64,000 nucleotides of DNA from Thermoanaerobaculia bacterium (lineage in GTDB: Bacteria > Acidobacteriota > Thermoanaerobaculia > UBA5066), in NCBI GenBank assembly GCA_038245905.1, contig JBBRRY010000010.1, forward strand, positions 1 through 64,000. Direction: 5' to 3'. The translations under genes and the position numbers were made by a program. Below are positions 47,301-59,402 of this stretch, in pieces; positions within the stretch are counted from its first letter, which is position 1; each line of letters starts with the position of its first letter. A model generated the notes under the pieces. That model ran no database searches and was not told the origin of the DNA. It worked only from the letters and a program-made list of their open reading frames with translations.

Positions 47301-48209
47301 ATGGCCGCCTTGATCGAGTGCATTCCCAACGTGAGCGAAGGTCGCCGCGACGACGTCATCGCCTCACTTATAGAGGCCGTCCGGAGTGCTGCTCCGGGCG
47401 TCGTTCTCCTCGATCGCACCTCGGATGCCGACCACAATCGCACGGTCCTCACGTTCCTCGGGGAGGGCGAAGCGCTCGTCGCCGCGATGACGGTGCTCGT
47501 CGGGGCCGCGCTGGCCGCGATCGACCTCCGGAAGCACGCGGGCGCCCATCCGCGCCTTGGCGCCGTGGACGTGATCCCGTTCGTGCCCGTGCGCGGCGCC
47601 ACGACGGCGGACTGCGTGGCCCTCGCGAAAACGCTCGGGAAAACGCTCGCCGATCGCTATGGACTGCCCGTGTATCTCTACGAAGACGCGGCCTCCCGCC
47701 CCGACCGCCAGAACCTCGCGAACATCCGCAAGGGAGAGTTCGAGGGCCTCGCGGCGAAAATGGCGGATCCGGCCTGGGCGCCGGACTTCGGCCCGAGCGC
47801 CCCGCACCCCTCCGGCGGCGCGACGGTGGTGGGCGCGCGCGCCCCGCTCGTCGCCTACAACATCAACCTGGGCACGGCCGATCTCGCGGTCGCCGACCGC
47901 ATCGCGAAGGCGATCCGGCATCTCTCGGGCGGCTACCGTTACGTGAAGGCGATGGGCGTGAAGCTCGAGGCGCGAGGCCAGGTGCAGGTCTCGATCAACA
48001 TGACGAACTTCGAGAAGACCCCGCTCCACCGCGTCTTCGAGACGGTGAGGTCCGAAGCCGAGCGCCAGGGCGTCGCGGTCGTCGGGTCGGAGATCGTGGG
48101 CCTCGTTCCGCAGGCCGCGCTCCTCGCGGTGGCGGGCCACTACCTCAGGCTCGAGGCCGATCCCGCGCCCCAGGTGCTCGAGAACAAGCTGCTCGAGAGG
48201 CTCTCGTGA
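47301..48209 (+). CDS. ftcD: Glutamate formimidoyltransferase
   Basis: IECIPNVSEGR, DHNRTV, HPRLGAVDVIPFVP, SEIVGLVP. Confidence 0.95.
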   Translation: MAALIECIPNVSEGRRDDVIASLIEAVRSAAPGVVLLDRTSDADHNRTVLTFLGEGEALVAAMTVLVGAALAAIDLRKHAGAHPRLGAVDVIPFVPVRGATTADCVALAKTLGKTLADRYGLPVYLYEDAASRPDRQNLANIRKGEFEGLAAKMADPAWAPDFGPSAPHPSGGATVVGARAPLVAYNINLGTADLAVADRIAKAIRHLSGGYRYVKAMGVKLEARGQVQVSINMTNFEKTPLHRVFETVRSEAERQGVAVVGSEIVGLVPQAALLAVAGHYLRLEADPAPQVLENKLLERLS

Positions 48210-49654
48210 AGCGCGCCGCCGTTCTGCTCCTGGCGGCGGTGTTCCTCGCGGCGGCGTTCCTCGTCGGGCCGCTCCTCGCGGGGCCGCTCGGGGGCGTGCC
48301 GCTTCTTCTCACCAACGGTATGCGGGCGGACCTCGAATCGCTGGTCACGGCCGCGAAGGCGACGGACGGCGCGTACGAGGCGATCCGCGAGCTCCTCGAG
48401 GCGGCGGGCCCGCGTCTCGCGGGCTCGCCGGGGGACGCCCGCGCCGTCGAGTGGGCCGAGGCGGCGCTCAAAGCGCGCGGCTTTTCAAACGTCCACACGG
48501 AGCCCGTGACGGCGCCGCACTGGGAGCGCGGCGAGGAGAGCGGGGAACTCCTCCTCCCGATTCCGCTCCGTCTCTCCCTGTGCGCGCTCGGCGGGAGCGT
48601 CGGGACCTCGCCGGAAGGCGTTGAAGCCGACGTGGTCGAGGCGACGTCCCTCGAAGCCGTCGACGCCCTCGGCGAGAAGGCGAAGGGGAAGATCGTCTTC
48701 ATCTGGCAGGTCATGGAACGCGCCGCGACGGGCGGCGGCTACGGCGCGACCGTGCCGATCCGGTCGAACGGTGCCTCCCGAGCCGCGAAGGTCGGTGCCG
48801 TGGCCGTTCTCATCCGGTCGGTCGGCACGTCGAACGCGCGATTCCCGCACACGGGAGCGTTTCGGTACGACGAGAACATCCCGAAGATCCCCGCGGCCGC
48901 GCTCGCCGTGCCGGATGCGGACCTCCTGCACTCCTATCTCGTGAAGGGCAAGCGCGTGCGCGTGCGGATGAGCCTCGGTGCGCGGAGGCTCCCGGACGTC
49001 GAGACGGCGAACGTCATCGGCGAGATCCCCGGGCGCGAGAAGCTCGGGGAGGTTGTCCTCGTGGGCGGCCACCTCGACTCGTGGGACCTCGGGATGGGCG
49101 CCATCGACGACGGTGCGGGCTGTGGGATCTCGATCGAGGCCGTGCGGCTGATCGGGAAACTCCCGAAACGGCCGCGCCGGACGATTCGCGTCGTCCTCTT
49201 CGCGAACGAGGAGAACGGCCTCGCGGGCGGCCGGGCGTACGCGAAGGTGCACGCGGCCGAGCTCGCGCGGCACGTCGCGGCCGTCGAGGTGGACGGAGGC
49301 TCCGGCCGGGCGCATGGCTTCGGCTGGACCGCGGGCCCGACCGCGGCGCCGCTCATGGCGGAGCTCGGCGCGTTCCTCGCGCCCTTCGGCTGGGGCGAAG
49401 CGAAGAAGGATGGCGGCGGAGCCGACGTCGGGCCTCTCCGCGCGGCCGGCGTCCCGCTCTTTTCGCCGAGCCAGGACATGGCGCATTACTTCGACCTCCA
49501 CCACACGGCGGATGACACCTTCGACAAAATCGACCGCGAGGAGCTCAACACGAACGTCGCGACGGTCGCGGCGCTCCTCTACACGCTTGCCGAGGCCGAG
49601 ACGCCGCCCGAGCGAATTCCCGAGGCCGAGCGGGTCGAGCGGCGAGGACGGTAG
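48206..49654 (+). CDS. M28 family metallopeptidase (carboxypeptidase Q-like, PA domain)
   Basis: Signal peptide, GGHLDSWD, AIDDG.G, NEENG, HHTADD. Confidence 0.92.
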   Translation: MKRAAVLLLAAVFLAAAFLVGPLLAGPLGGVPLLLTNGMRADLESLVTAAKATDGAYEAIRELLEAAGPRLAGSPGDARAVEWAEAALKARGFSNVHTEPVTAPHWERGEESGELLLPIPLRLSLCALGGSVGTSPEGVEADVVEATSLEAVDALGEKAKGKIVFIWQVMERAATGGGYGATVPIRSNGASRAAKVGAVAVLIRSVGTSNARFPHTGAFRYDENIPKIPAAALAVPDADLLHSYLVKGKRVRVRMSLGARRLPDVETANVIGEIPGREKLGEVVLVGGHLDSWDLGMGAIDDGAGCGISIEAVRLIGKLPKRPRRTIRVVLFANEENGLAGGRAYAKVHAAELARHVAAVEVDGGSGRAHGFGWTAGPTAAPLMAELGAFLAPFGWGEAKKDGGGADVGPLRAAGVPLFSPSQDMAHYFDLHHTADDTFDKIDREELNTNVATVAALLYTLAEAETPPERIPEAERVERRGR

Positions 49655-49670
49655 GCGTCGCCAGGCGGCC

Positions 49671-51077
<1,407 letters not shown>

Positions 51078-51092
51078 GGCGTCGTCATGCCC

Positions 51093-53282
51093 TCATGCGG
51101 CCGGCCATTCGAGCAGGAAGCGGCATCCATGGGGAACATTCTCCTCCACGCGCACGCGACCAGCGTGCTCGGAAGCGATGCGCGCGACGATCGCGAGGCC
51201 GAGGCCGGAGCCGCGGGCCTTCGTGGAATAGGCGGGATCGAAGACGCGGCTCCGCTCCGCTTCGGGAATGCCCGGACCCTCGTCCTCGACGATGAGGCGT
51301 GCGTTTCCGCCCGCCACGACGGCGGCGATCCTCACGCGGCCGCCTCCGGGAGTCGCGGCGATCGCGTTGTCCACGAGATTGATGAGAGCGCGTTTCACCT
51401 GCTCGGCGTCCGCCCGGACGAGCGGAAGGCCGTCCGGGATCTCGGCCGCAACCGTCACCCCCCTCTTCACGTCCGCGTACAGCTTCGCCACCTGAGAGAC
51501 GACCGCGCCGAGGTCCGTCGGGGCGAGATCGGCCGCCGGCAGGCGCGCGAATCGCCCGAAGGTGTCGACGAGAGAGGCGAGCGTGGTGACCTCCTCGATG
51601 ATGGTGGAGGCGCCCTCGTCGACGACCGCGGCGAGGAGCGTGGGATCGTCCCCGCCGCGGGCGCGCCGGCGCATGCGCTCGGCGGCGAGGCGGATGGGTG
51701 TGAGCGGGTTCTTGATCTCGTGGGCCATGCGGCGCGCCGCTTCCTCCCACGCTGCTGCCCGCTCGGCCGCGACGAGCGCGGTCGTGTCCTCGAGCGTCAC
51801 GACCCAGGCGCCGGCGTCGGCCGAGCCGGCGGGGACCTGCGTCACGCGGGCTTCGAGGACGCGGAGGCCGATCTTCAGCGTCGCCTCGCGCGCGGCCGCT
51901 GCCCCGCGCGCGCGAGCGAGAAACTCGGCCAGAGGTGCGAGGGCCGGTGCGGCGAAGAGGTCCTGCGCGCGGGTGAACGGCGTCTCCTCCTCGTGGCCGA
52001 GCAGGCGCCGTGCCGTCTCGTTGAGGAAGAACAGTGTGCCGTCGTCGCCAAAGGCGACGACTCCAGCGTCGAGGCGGGCGAGAATCGTCCGCACGCGGCG
52101 GCGCTCCTCGTCGACGCGCTGATTCGTCGCGGCCATCTCGGCGTTCGCCGCGACCAGTTCGCTGCGGCTCTTGCGCAGCTCCGAGGTCATCGCGTTGAAG
52201 GCGCGCGAAAGGGCGGAAATCTCGTCGCCGCCCTCGACTTCCACGAGCGCGTCGAAGTCGCCCGCTCCGACACGCCGGGCCGACGCGGCCAGCGCCGCGA
52301 TGGGACGCGTCACGCGGTGGGCGAGGAGCAGTCCCACCCAGACGGCGGCGAGGAGGACGAGGAGCGCGAGGAGAAGGAAGAAGAGAACCTGCACGGCTTC
52401 GAGCTGCGCGCGCTCGGCCTTCAGCATCGCGTAGGCGGATGTCGCGCGGGAGAGCTGGCGCAGCGGCTCGGCCTCTGCGGGCGGGTCGAACGTGCCGACG
52501 ACGAGCAGCCCGGAGGGCAAGAACACCACCGTGCGGGCTACCTGTCCGCCGTCATGAATGGCCTCGAGCCGCCTCGCGAGGCCGCGCGCCTTCGCGTCCT
52601 CCAGCCACTCGGCTCCGGGGTCGTGCACGTCGCGGAGCGGCCAGCGGGTGGCGCTGACGGCAACGGGCGGCAGGCCTGGGCGCCTCCACTCGATCAGGTC
52701 GACGCCCGATTCCTCGCGCGCGGCCGAAAGGAGCGGGAGGACTCCGCTCTCGCTGGCGGCGGCGAGCCGGGGTGCGAGGCGCTCGGCGGTCCTGCGCTCG
52801 AGTGCCGCCGAGCGCGCACGGAAGAGGTCCGCGACCTCCCGCCCGGCGCGCACGGTCTCCTCCACGGGCGGCGCGAACCAGCGCTCGACGCTCTTCTGCA
52901 GGAGGCCGGTCGTGGGGAGGACGAGGAGGGAGATGGGAAGAAGCGCGAGACCGACGTACGAGGCGACCACACGAACGCGGAAGCGCGAGCCGAAGACGCC
53001 GCGTCGCGATTCGAGAATGAGCTTCGCCATGCTCCTCACGAGCACGAAGGCAAGCGCGAGGATGAGGACGACGACGATGTAAAAGAGGACGAAGAGGAGG
53101 ACGCGGTTCGTCGCCGCGACGGGTGCGAGATCGCGCGTGCGGAGGACGACGGCGTAGCCGCCCGCGAGCGCGGCGCCGAGGGCGAGCGCGATCGCGGCAA
53201 GAATCCTGTTGTCGCGCGCCCAGCGCCGCCGCGGCGCCGCGGGCGGAGACGAGTCGTTCAACGAGCGCCGGTCGCCGTCCAC
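51093..53282 (-). CDS. ntrY: Sensor histidine kinase, NtrY-like (HAMP, PAS)
   Basis: Three N-terminal TMs, GSRFRVR, HAMP, ARRMAHEIKNPLTPI, D.GPG, GSGLGL. Start may be TTG 53261. Confidence 0.85.
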   Translation of the reverse strand: MDGDRRSLNDSSPPAAPRRRWARDNRILAAIALALGAALAGGYAVVLRTRDLAPVAATNRVLLFVLFYIVVVLILALAFVLVRSMAKLILESRRGVFGSRFRVRVVASYVGLALLPISLLVLPTTGLLQKSVERWFAPPVEETVRAGREVADLFRARSAALERRTAERLAPRLAAASESGVLPLLSAAREESGVDLIEWRRPGLPPVAVSATRWPLRDVHDPGAEWLEDAKARGLARRLEAIHDGGQVARTVVFLPSGLLVVGTFDPPAEAEPLRQLSRATSAYAMLKAERAQLEAVQVLFFLLLALLVLLAAVWVGLLLAHRVTRPIAALAASARRVGAGDFDALVEVEGGDEISALSRAFNAMTSELRKSRSELVAANAEMAATNQRVDEERRRVRTILARLDAGVVAFGDDGTLFFLNETARRLLGHEEETPFTRAQDLFAAPALAPLAEFLARARGAAAAREATLKIGLRVLEARVTQVPAGSADAGAWVVTLEDTTALVAAERAAAWEEAARRMAHEIKNPLTPIRLAAERMRRRARGGDDPTLLAAVVDEGASTIIEEVTTLASLVDTFGRFARLPAADLAPTDLGAVVSQVAKLYADVKRGVTVAAEIPDGLPLVRADAEQVKRALINLVDNAIAATPGGGRVRIAAVVAGGNARLIVEDEGPGIPEAERSRVFDPAYSTKARGSGLGLAIVARIASEHAGRVRVEENVPHGCRFLLEWPAA

Positions 53283-53827
53283 TCGAAGATCCCCGACCGC
53301 ACCCAGGCGGTCTCGGCGCTCGTCGGAATCACCCCGAGCGCGACGCCGCTCCCATAGAGGCAGCGCACGCGGACCAGGAGCTTCTTTCCGAGCAGGTGAT
53401 CACCCATCGTGAAGGACGGCAGGCCAGGCACTCTCGCGAGCGCCGCGGCTGCTTCGTCGCGCGTCGGGACGACCCTCGTATCCAGCAGCCGGGCGTCGAG
53501 CCGGCGCTCGACCGCGTAGTCGGACGTGACCGGCCGGTAGGTGGCCGTCACGGCATAGCGACGCTCGTCCTTGAGACTGTCGAACCAGAGGTTTCGGAAG
53601 ACGAAGAGACGCATTTCCCAGGCGACGGTCGTGGGAAGTCCGGATGCGAGACGCTGTAGGACGTCCTCGGGCAGTGCAGGAGAGAGGTGTGCGTCGACGT
53701 GGAGGTCGAGGCCGGCAACCCACGTCGAGACGCCCGGGATGACCGGCCCGTCTTCCGCGACGAGGCCGTGGGCCGTGTTCGCCCAGGCGAAGAGAGCGGC
53801 CAGAAGGAGGAAGGCGCGTGTCCGCAC
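53258..53827 (-). CDS. DUF4390-like exported protein
   Basis: Signal peptide, L.SGLP....W, NLWFD, Y.PVT..Y; position upstream of ntrY. TAAAGT lies 6 nt before the GTG. Confidence 0.75.
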   Translation of the reverse strand: MRTRAFLLLAALFAWANTAHGLVAEDGPVIPGVSTWVAGLDLHVDAHLSPALPEDVLQRLASGLPTTVAWEMRLFVFRNLWFDSLKDERRYAVTATYRPVTSDYAVERRLDARLLDTRVVPTRDEAAAALARVPGLPSFTMGDHLLGKKLLVRVRCLYGSGVALGVIPTSAETAWVRSGIFEWTATGAR

Positions 53828-53858
53828 CCCCGGACTTTAGCGGTTCGGCGTTTTTGGG

Positions 53859-54806
53859 TCAGATCCGCGCGGCCTGGGCGGCCGGGCGCGCCCGCGCGGA
53901 CCGCCGGGGGGCCGCAAATGCGGCGCGAGCCCCGTCGAGCGATTCTTCACGCATGTCTCCGCGCAATTCTCTCTGCTCTCTCTGCATTTCCTCGCGGAGC
54001 AGGCGCGCGAGCATCGCGTGCATCGCATGTCCGGCCTTGTGCGCGACGACGTGGCCGACCACGGGGCGGCCCACCAGGGCGAGATCTCCGAGCAGGTCGA
54101 GCGCCTTGTGGCGCACGAACTCGTCGGCGAACCGGAGATCACCGTTCTCGACGCGGTCGCCGCCCACCACGATGCAGTTGTCTTCCCGGGCGCCGCGGGC
54201 GAGGCCGTGGGCCTTGAGCGCCTCGTATTCCGAGAGGAAACCGAATGTGCGGGCCGGCGCCAGGTGCGCGGTGTAGGAGCCGGGCGTGAGAACGAGCGTG
54301 ATCGACTGCCGCCCGACGGCGGGATTCGGGAAGTCGATCGTGTACGTCACACGCAGGTCTCTCGCCGGGCGGATCTCGAGCTTCCTGCCGCCCGAATCGG
54401 GAACGGCGACGACCCGCGACGGGGCGAAGGGAATGGCGAGAGCGTCCTGCGCGACGAGGCCCGCAGTCTCGAACGCGTCGAGCCAGGGCAGCGCGCTGCC
54501 GTCGAGAATGGGCACTTCGGGGCCGTCGACCTCCACGAGGATGTTGTCGAGACCCGCTCCTACGGCGGCCGAGAGCAGATGCTCGACGGTTGTCACGTCG
54601 CGGCCGCGCTCGCCGAGCGTCGTCGCGTGGTCGAAACGCCCGGCCTCCTCGGCGATGGCGGGGACGAAAGAATCGACGTCGGACCGGTAGAAGACGATCC
54701 CGTGGTCCGGAGCCGCCGGATGCAGGACGACGTGGACGTGTCGACCCGAATGAAGCCCGATTCCCGCGAGTCTCACGCGCCGGGCGAGAGTGTTCTGTGA
54801 GCGCAT
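53859..54806 (-). CDS. lpxC: UDP-3-O-acyl-N-acetylglucosamine deacetylase
   Basis: GIGLHSG, TVEHLLSA, EVPILDGS, ARTFGF, RHKALDLLGDL, KAGH. Confidence 0.96.
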   Translation of the reverse strand: MRSQNTLARRVRLAGIGLHSGRHVHVVLHPAAPDHGIVFYRSDVDSFVPAIAEEAGRFDHATTLGERGRDVTTVEHLLSAAVGAGLDNILVEVDGPEVPILDGSALPWLDAFETAGLVAQDALAIPFAPSRVVAVPDSGGRKLEIRPARDLRVTYTIDFPNPAVGRQSITLVLTPGSYTAHLAPARTFGFLSEYEALKAHGLARGAREDNCIVVGGDRVENGDLRFADEFVRHKALDLLGDLALVGRPVVGHVVAHKAGHAMHAMLARLLREEMQREQRELRGDMREESLDGARAAFAAPRRSARARPAAQAARI

Positions 54807-54819
54807 TCGAATGCCGGTT

Positions 54820-54835
54820 TGCATGGCGGATGCCA
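54820..54835 (-). promoter_or_regulatory. Putative sigma-54 (-24/-12) promoter of lpxC
   Basis: TGGCAT-CCGCC-ATGCA: GG-N10-GC, ending 13 nt before ATG 54806. Confidence 0.6.
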
Positions 54836-54998
54836 TCGCGTACCGTCCTGTTTCCCTGCGTTTTCGGAGGGGACGGCCTCCCGCCGGGACGGAGGGTGTG
54901 GCGGAGCCCCCTCACCTGCGGCTTTTCGGTCACACCGGCCGCCGGGCCGGCGCGTGCAGAATCGCGGCTGCTATTCTCTTCCTGATCCGGAGGCAGCC

Positions 54999-56747
54999 GT
55001 GCTCGCGCCTGTTGAAGAGAAGTACTACCAGGACTTTCTAGCGGTCCTCAGCCAAAAATGGCGACCGTCGAAGGCGGCGTTCTACACGCTCGATCCGGCG
55101 CAATCGGTTTTTCGCCTGAAGGCGCAGTTTGGCTTCAGCCGGACAGACCGCCTCGCCGAGCGGCTCGGCCGCAACGACACGGTCGTCAATTACATCTACG
55201 AGCACCGCGAGCCGACGTTCCTCAACAACGTGAACGCGGCGGGAAAGCTGACGGACCTGATGGTCCAGGGCACGTCCACGCGCATGCTCCTCGCGCCCCT
55301 CTATCTCGACGGCCGGATCATGGGGCTCGTCGACGTTCGCGAGAAGGCCGGCCGCATGGGCTTCACGCAGGACGACGTCATCGAGATTTCGGATCTCCTG
55401 CGGCGGTTCGCCATCGAGCTGCGCCGCATCGCGGACGCCCGCGGCGGATCCGCCATCTTTCCTTCCGACCCGGCTCCTCAGATCGAACGGCCCCTCGACC
55501 ACGCGCCCACGGTGACGGCGCTCCCCTCTTCTCTGGAACGCACGTCGGGGTTTTCCACGGCTCAGCTCAGCACGTCGACGTCGGGCCTCTTCCGGCGAGC
55601 CGGCTCCGTGCCGGTCGAGCCCGAGGCCGAGAGCGGCAATCAGCTGCCGAATTCGGTGGCGCGTGCGCTCCGGCTCGTCGAAGACACACTCGCGCGCAGC
55701 TCGCCCCCGAAGGCCACCGCGGCCGCGGGCGGAGGGCTGACGCCGCGCGAAGCAGAGTTCATCGGCCTCTACCTTCCCACCTGTCTCAGCTACGAGGAGG
55801 TCGAGATCGCCGCCGTGTCTTCCTTCGTGCCGGGAGGCGCGACGATCACGATCGCCGCGCGGCGCCCTCTCGACCTCGACATCGCGCCGGCTCTCCTCGA
55901 AAATCTCGAGAAGATCTTCGCGAAGACGGCCGTGCCGTTTTCATTCGCGCCCGATCCTTCCTGGCGGTCGCTCGAGGTGGCGCATGCCGAAGCGCCCCCC
56001 TTGCGCCGGTCCGAGATCGTTTCCATCCAGTCGAGCGTCCTCGACAGCTCGGCCGAAGGCGTCGTCCTGTTCTCGCTGCTCTTCCGCCACGGCCCGAACC
56101 CCGAGGTCCGCGAAGCCCTCCGCGCGGCGCATGTCGTTCTCCGCAACGTCCTCGCAGGCAACCGCAGCGAGGCCCGCTTTCGCGAGGCGTATCGCGGACT
56201 CGTCAACAAGATTCTCGAGCCGGGCCTTCAGAAGCGCTCGGCGCTCAAGACGCACTGTTTCAACGTCGGGCGCATGGCGCGGAAGCTGGCCGCGCAGCTC
56301 GGGGTTCCGCCGATGGAGGTCGAGCAGATCACGGTGGCCGGCATCCTGCACGATGTCGGCATGCGCGAGCTCAACTACGACACACTCTACGCGAAGCGCT
56401 CCCTGACCGACGAAGAGCTGGCCCTTCTCCGCCAGCATCCACGCGTCGGAGCCTACCTCGTCGAGGACATCCCGTGGCCCTACCCGGTCGCTCCGCTCAT
56501 CAAGCATCACCATGAACGGTGGGACGGTGGCGGTTATCCCGACGGGATCCGGGGCGACGAAATTCCGCTCGGCTCGCGCATCATCCACCTGTGCGAAGCG
56601 TTCGACGCCATGACGTCACCGACCTCGTATCGTTCCGTGCTGGCGGACTATCAGGCCATCGACATCCTCGAGTCGAAGGCCGGCACGCAGTTCGACCCCG
56701 AGCTCACGCCGGAGTTCAAACGGATGGTCGAGGAAGCTTCGGACTGA
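54999..56747 (+). CDS. GAF plus HD-GYP cyclic-dinucleotide phosphodiesterase
   Basis: GGAGG SD before GTG 54999 and TGcTATTCT upstream; GAF-like N-terminus; LHDVG, HHERWDG.GYP, AFDAMT. Confidence 0.9.
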   Translation: MLAPVEEKYYQDFLAVLSQKWRPSKAAFYTLDPAQSVFRLKAQFGFSRTDRLAERLGRNDTVVNYIYEHREPTFLNNVNAAGKLTDLMVQGTSTRMLLAPLYLDGRIMGLVDVREKAGRMGFTQDDVIEISDLLRRFAIELRRIADARGGSAIFPSDPAPQIERPLDHAPTVTALPSSLERTSGFSTAQLSTSTSGLFRRAGSVPVEPEAESGNQLPNSVARALRLVEDTLARSSPPKATAAAGGGLTPREAEFIGLYLPTCLSYEEVEIAAVSSFVPGGATITIAARRPLDLDIAPALLENLEKIFAKTAVPFSFAPDPSWRSLEVAHAEAPPLRRSEIVSIQSSVLDSSAEGVVLFSLLFRHGPNPEVREALRAAHVVLRNVLAGNRSEARFREAYRGLVNKILEPGLQKRSALKTHCFNVGRMARKLAAQLGVPPMEVEQITVAGILHDVGMRELNYDTLYAKRSLTDEELALLRQHPRVGAYLVEDIPWPYPVAPLIKHHHERWDGGGYPDGIRGDEIPLGSRIIHLCEAFDAMTSPTSYRSVLADYQAIDILESKAGTQFDPELTPEFKRMVEEASD

Positions 56748-56781
56748 GCCGGGACTCCGCGTGAAATCCCGCATCGAGAGG

Positions 56782-57279
56782 ATGGGCGAGAAGGCCGACG
56801 CGCGCCTCGCGCTCAAGAACGCGGGGCATCGCCCCGTCGCGTCGAACCGGCGCGCCTTCCACGAGTACAACATCGAGGAGAAGCTGGAGGCCGGCGTCTC
56901 GCTCACCGGCCCCGAGGTCAAGTCCCTGCGCGAGGGCAAGGCCAGCCTCCAGGACGGCTACGTGGCGGTGACGGGCGGCGAGGCCTGGCTGTGGAACGTC
57001 CACATTCCTCCTTACGGGGCGGCCAGCTACAACAACGTCGACGCGAAGCGAAACCGCAAGCTCCTGCTTCACAAGCGTGAGATCCTCCGTCTCGCGACGA
57101 AGATCAAGCGGTCGGGCGCGACCTGCGTGCCCCTGAACCTCTACTTCAAGGGCGCGCGCGTCAAAGTCGAGATCGCGCTCGTGACCGGCAAGAAGCTTCA
57201 CGACAAGCGCGAAACGATCCGGCGCCGCGAGGCCGACCGCGAAGCTCGATCCGAGATGAAGTCCGCGCGGCGGCGGTAG
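56782..57279 (+). CDS. smpB: SsrA-binding protein
   Basis: NRRAFHEY, EAGVSL.G.EVKSLR, RKLLLHKREI, GKKLHDKRE. Start may be 56761. Confidence 0.97.
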   Translation: MGEKADARLALKNAGHRPVASNRRAFHEYNIEEKLEAGVSLTGPEVKSLREGKASLQDGYVAVTGGEAWLWNVHIPPYGAASYNNVDAKRNRKLLLHKREILRLATKIKRSGATCVPLNLYFKGARVKVEIALVTGKKLHDKRETIRRREADREARSEMKSARRR

Positions 57280-57285
57280 ACGGAG

Positions 57286-59253
57286 ATGCGCGGGGAGCGG
57301 GCTCTCGAGCAGCCTTCCCGTTCGCCTCGTGCGATGTCGACCCGACTTCCGAACCTCGACCTCGGCGATCTCGGCGCCCTCACCCTCGCCCTCTTCTACG
57401 CGGTTGTTTTCAGCGTCCTGTCGCTGCTCCGTCACGCTGCATTCCACACGCACACGTTCGACCTCGGCCTTCACCATCAGGCAACGTGGAACACCCTTCA
57501 CGGGCGGTTATTCCAGTACACCCTTCTCTCGACCGAGAGCCACGACCTGCCGATCCTTCTCGGCGACCACATCAACCTCATCCTCCTTCTCGCGCTCCCG
57601 TTCTACCGGCTTTTCGAGGGTGCCGGGACACTGCTCGTCCTCCAGGCCCTTGTCGTGGGTAGCGCGGCGTTCCCCCTCTTCCGGGTCGCCCGCCAGGTGA
57701 CGGGCGGTATGGCGGCGGCGCTGCTCCTCGTCGTCGCTTATCTTCTCAACCCGGCGCTTCACGCCGCGAACCTCTACGACTTCCACTCGATCGTCCTTGG
57801 GGCGGCGTTCCTCGTGTGGGCTCTCTTCCGGGCGCAGGCGGGCGGCACCTGGAGCCTCGCCCTCGCCGTGGCACTCGCCCTTTGCTGTCAGGAGAACGTC
57901 GCGCTCGCCGTGGTCGGTCTCGGCATCAGCGTCTTTCTCCTGGGGCGGCGTCGCGCGGGCGTCGCCGTCGCCGCAGCCGGCGTCGCGTGGTTTGCTCTCT
58001 GCTTCTACGTTCTCCTCCCGCACTTCAATCCGGGAGTGGGCTCGAACGCCTTCTCCCGCTATCGCGAATTCGGCGCCACCCCCGGCGCCGTCGTGCTCGG
58101 CCTCCTTCGCGACCCGTCCCGCCTCCTGTCGCGCCTCCTCGAGCCCGGGACGCGCGACTGGCTCCTGTCGATGTTCGCGCCTTTCGGTTTCGTCCCGCTT
58201 CTGGCACCGCAAATCCTCGTTGTCGGAGCGAGCGAGCTGTTTCTCAACCTGATCTCGTCCTTCCCGTTCCAGCGAACGATCGACTTCCAGTACACGGCCA
58301 TTCCCGTGGCCGCGGCGGCGCTGGCGGCGCCGTGGGGAACAAGAGCGATCGCGCGCCGCATCGGCTCCCGGCTCCGCCTCGATTCCCGGATGGCTGCGGC
58401 AGTCGTCGCCGGGCTCATCCTCGTATGCACGATCGGATTTCAGGTCGCCCGCTGGAACACCCTCCGGATCCTCGCGGATCCCTACCGGGCGTCTTACCGG
58501 GTGACGGACCACCACAGGATGGCGCCCCGTTTTCTGGGCGCGGTCCCGCCGGGGGCGACCGTCTCGGCCCAGGATGCCATCGTGCCGCACCTGAACCGTT
58601 CCGCGATCTGGTGCTTCCCGCAGGTGCGGAACGCCGACGTCGTCCTTCTCGATCTTTCGGGAGGGATCTTCCCCGTTTCCCTCTTCCCGCTTCGTGGACA
58701 GTCCCCCGAAGCCAGCTACTACGAGTACGTTCAGCGCCTTCTCGCCCATGGGGCCTATCGGATCGAGGACGCGACCGACGGATGGCTTCGCCTCTCCCGT
58801 GCGCGCGGACTCCTTCCGGCTGATGCCATCCGTCCCGGCGCGGACGGCGGCCCTCCTCCCGTCCTCTTCCGCGCGGCAGTGCATATCGTCGAGGCCCCGT
58901 TTCTCGTGCCGGCCTCCTCGCGCATGCCGCTCGTCGTCGAGATCGAAAATCTCTCCGAGGCGGTCTTCTTCTCCCGTGCAGAAGCACCCGACGCCTACGC
59001 CACGGGCGTGTCGGCGTATTGGATCGACCCGGCCACCGGCACCGGCGACGACCTGGGGGAACGCCTCTGGCTTCCGGCACGCGTCGAGGCCGGAGCGCGC
59101 GCGACGATTCGGGGCGAGTTGACGACGCCAGCCGAGCCGGGGATCTGGCTTCTCTATCTCGACGTCGTCACGGATCGCGTGGCCCGCTTCAGTGCGAACG
59201 GCTCGCCGACCGCCTCGATTCCGGTGACGGTCACACCCGCCTCGGCGCCGTGA
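57286..59253 (+). CDS. DUF2079 family polytopic membrane protein (GT-C-like) with C-terminal Ig-like domain
   Basis: FDLG...Q..WNT.HGR, LGDH, TLLVLQ, LYDFH, QE; C-terminus with V..EN.S and GIWLLYLDVV. Confidence 0.82.
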   Translation: MRGERALEQPSRSPRAMSTRLPNLDLGDLGALTLALFYAVVFSVLSLLRHAAFHTHTFDLGLHHQATWNTLHGRLFQYTLLSTESHDLPILLGDHINLILLLALPFYRLFEGAGTLLVLQALVVGSAAFPLFRVARQVTGGMAAALLLVVAYLLNPALHAANLYDFHSIVLGAAFLVWALFRAQAGGTWSLALAVALALCCQENVALAVVGLGISVFLLGRRRAGVAVAAAGVAWFALCFYVLLPHFNPGVGSNAFSRYREFGATPGAVVLGLLRDPSRLLSRLLEPGTRDWLLSMFAPFGFVPLLAPQILVVGASELFLNLISSFPFQRTIDFQYTAIPVAAAALAAPWGTRAIARRIGSRLRLDSRMAAAVVAGLILVCTIGFQVARWNTLRILADPYRASYRVTDHHRMAPRFLGAVPPGATVSAQDAIVPHLNRSAIWCFPQVRNADVVLLDLSGGIFPVSLFPLRGQSPEASYYEYVQRLLAHGAYRIEDATDGWLRLSRARGLLPADAIRPGADGGPPPVLFRAAVHIVEAPFLVPASSRMPLVVEIENLSEAVFFSRAEAPDAYATGVSAYWIDPATGTGDDLGERLWLPARVEAGARATIRGELTTPAEPGIWLLYLDVVTDRVARFSANGSPTASIPVTVTPASAP

Positions 59254-59261
59254 TCTTCCTG

Positions 59262-59402
59262 ACGAGGCGCACGAACCAGTTCACGACGCAATAGCGGGAG
59301 GGGCGCATCTGGGCGCGCGGCTCGTAGATGTTCGAGAGCCGCAGCATCGTTCCGCTGATCCCGTGGACGTGGCCGTACATCTCGACCATCTTCGCGGCGG
59401 CG
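59262..59402 (-). pseudogene. Fragment of an NAD-dependent sugar epimerase/dehydratase
   Basis: AAKMVEMYGHVHGISGTMLRLSNIYEPRAQMRPSRYCVVNWFVRL resembles the LRLxNxYGPR segment of extended SDRs. The rest of the gene is absent. Confidence 0.65.
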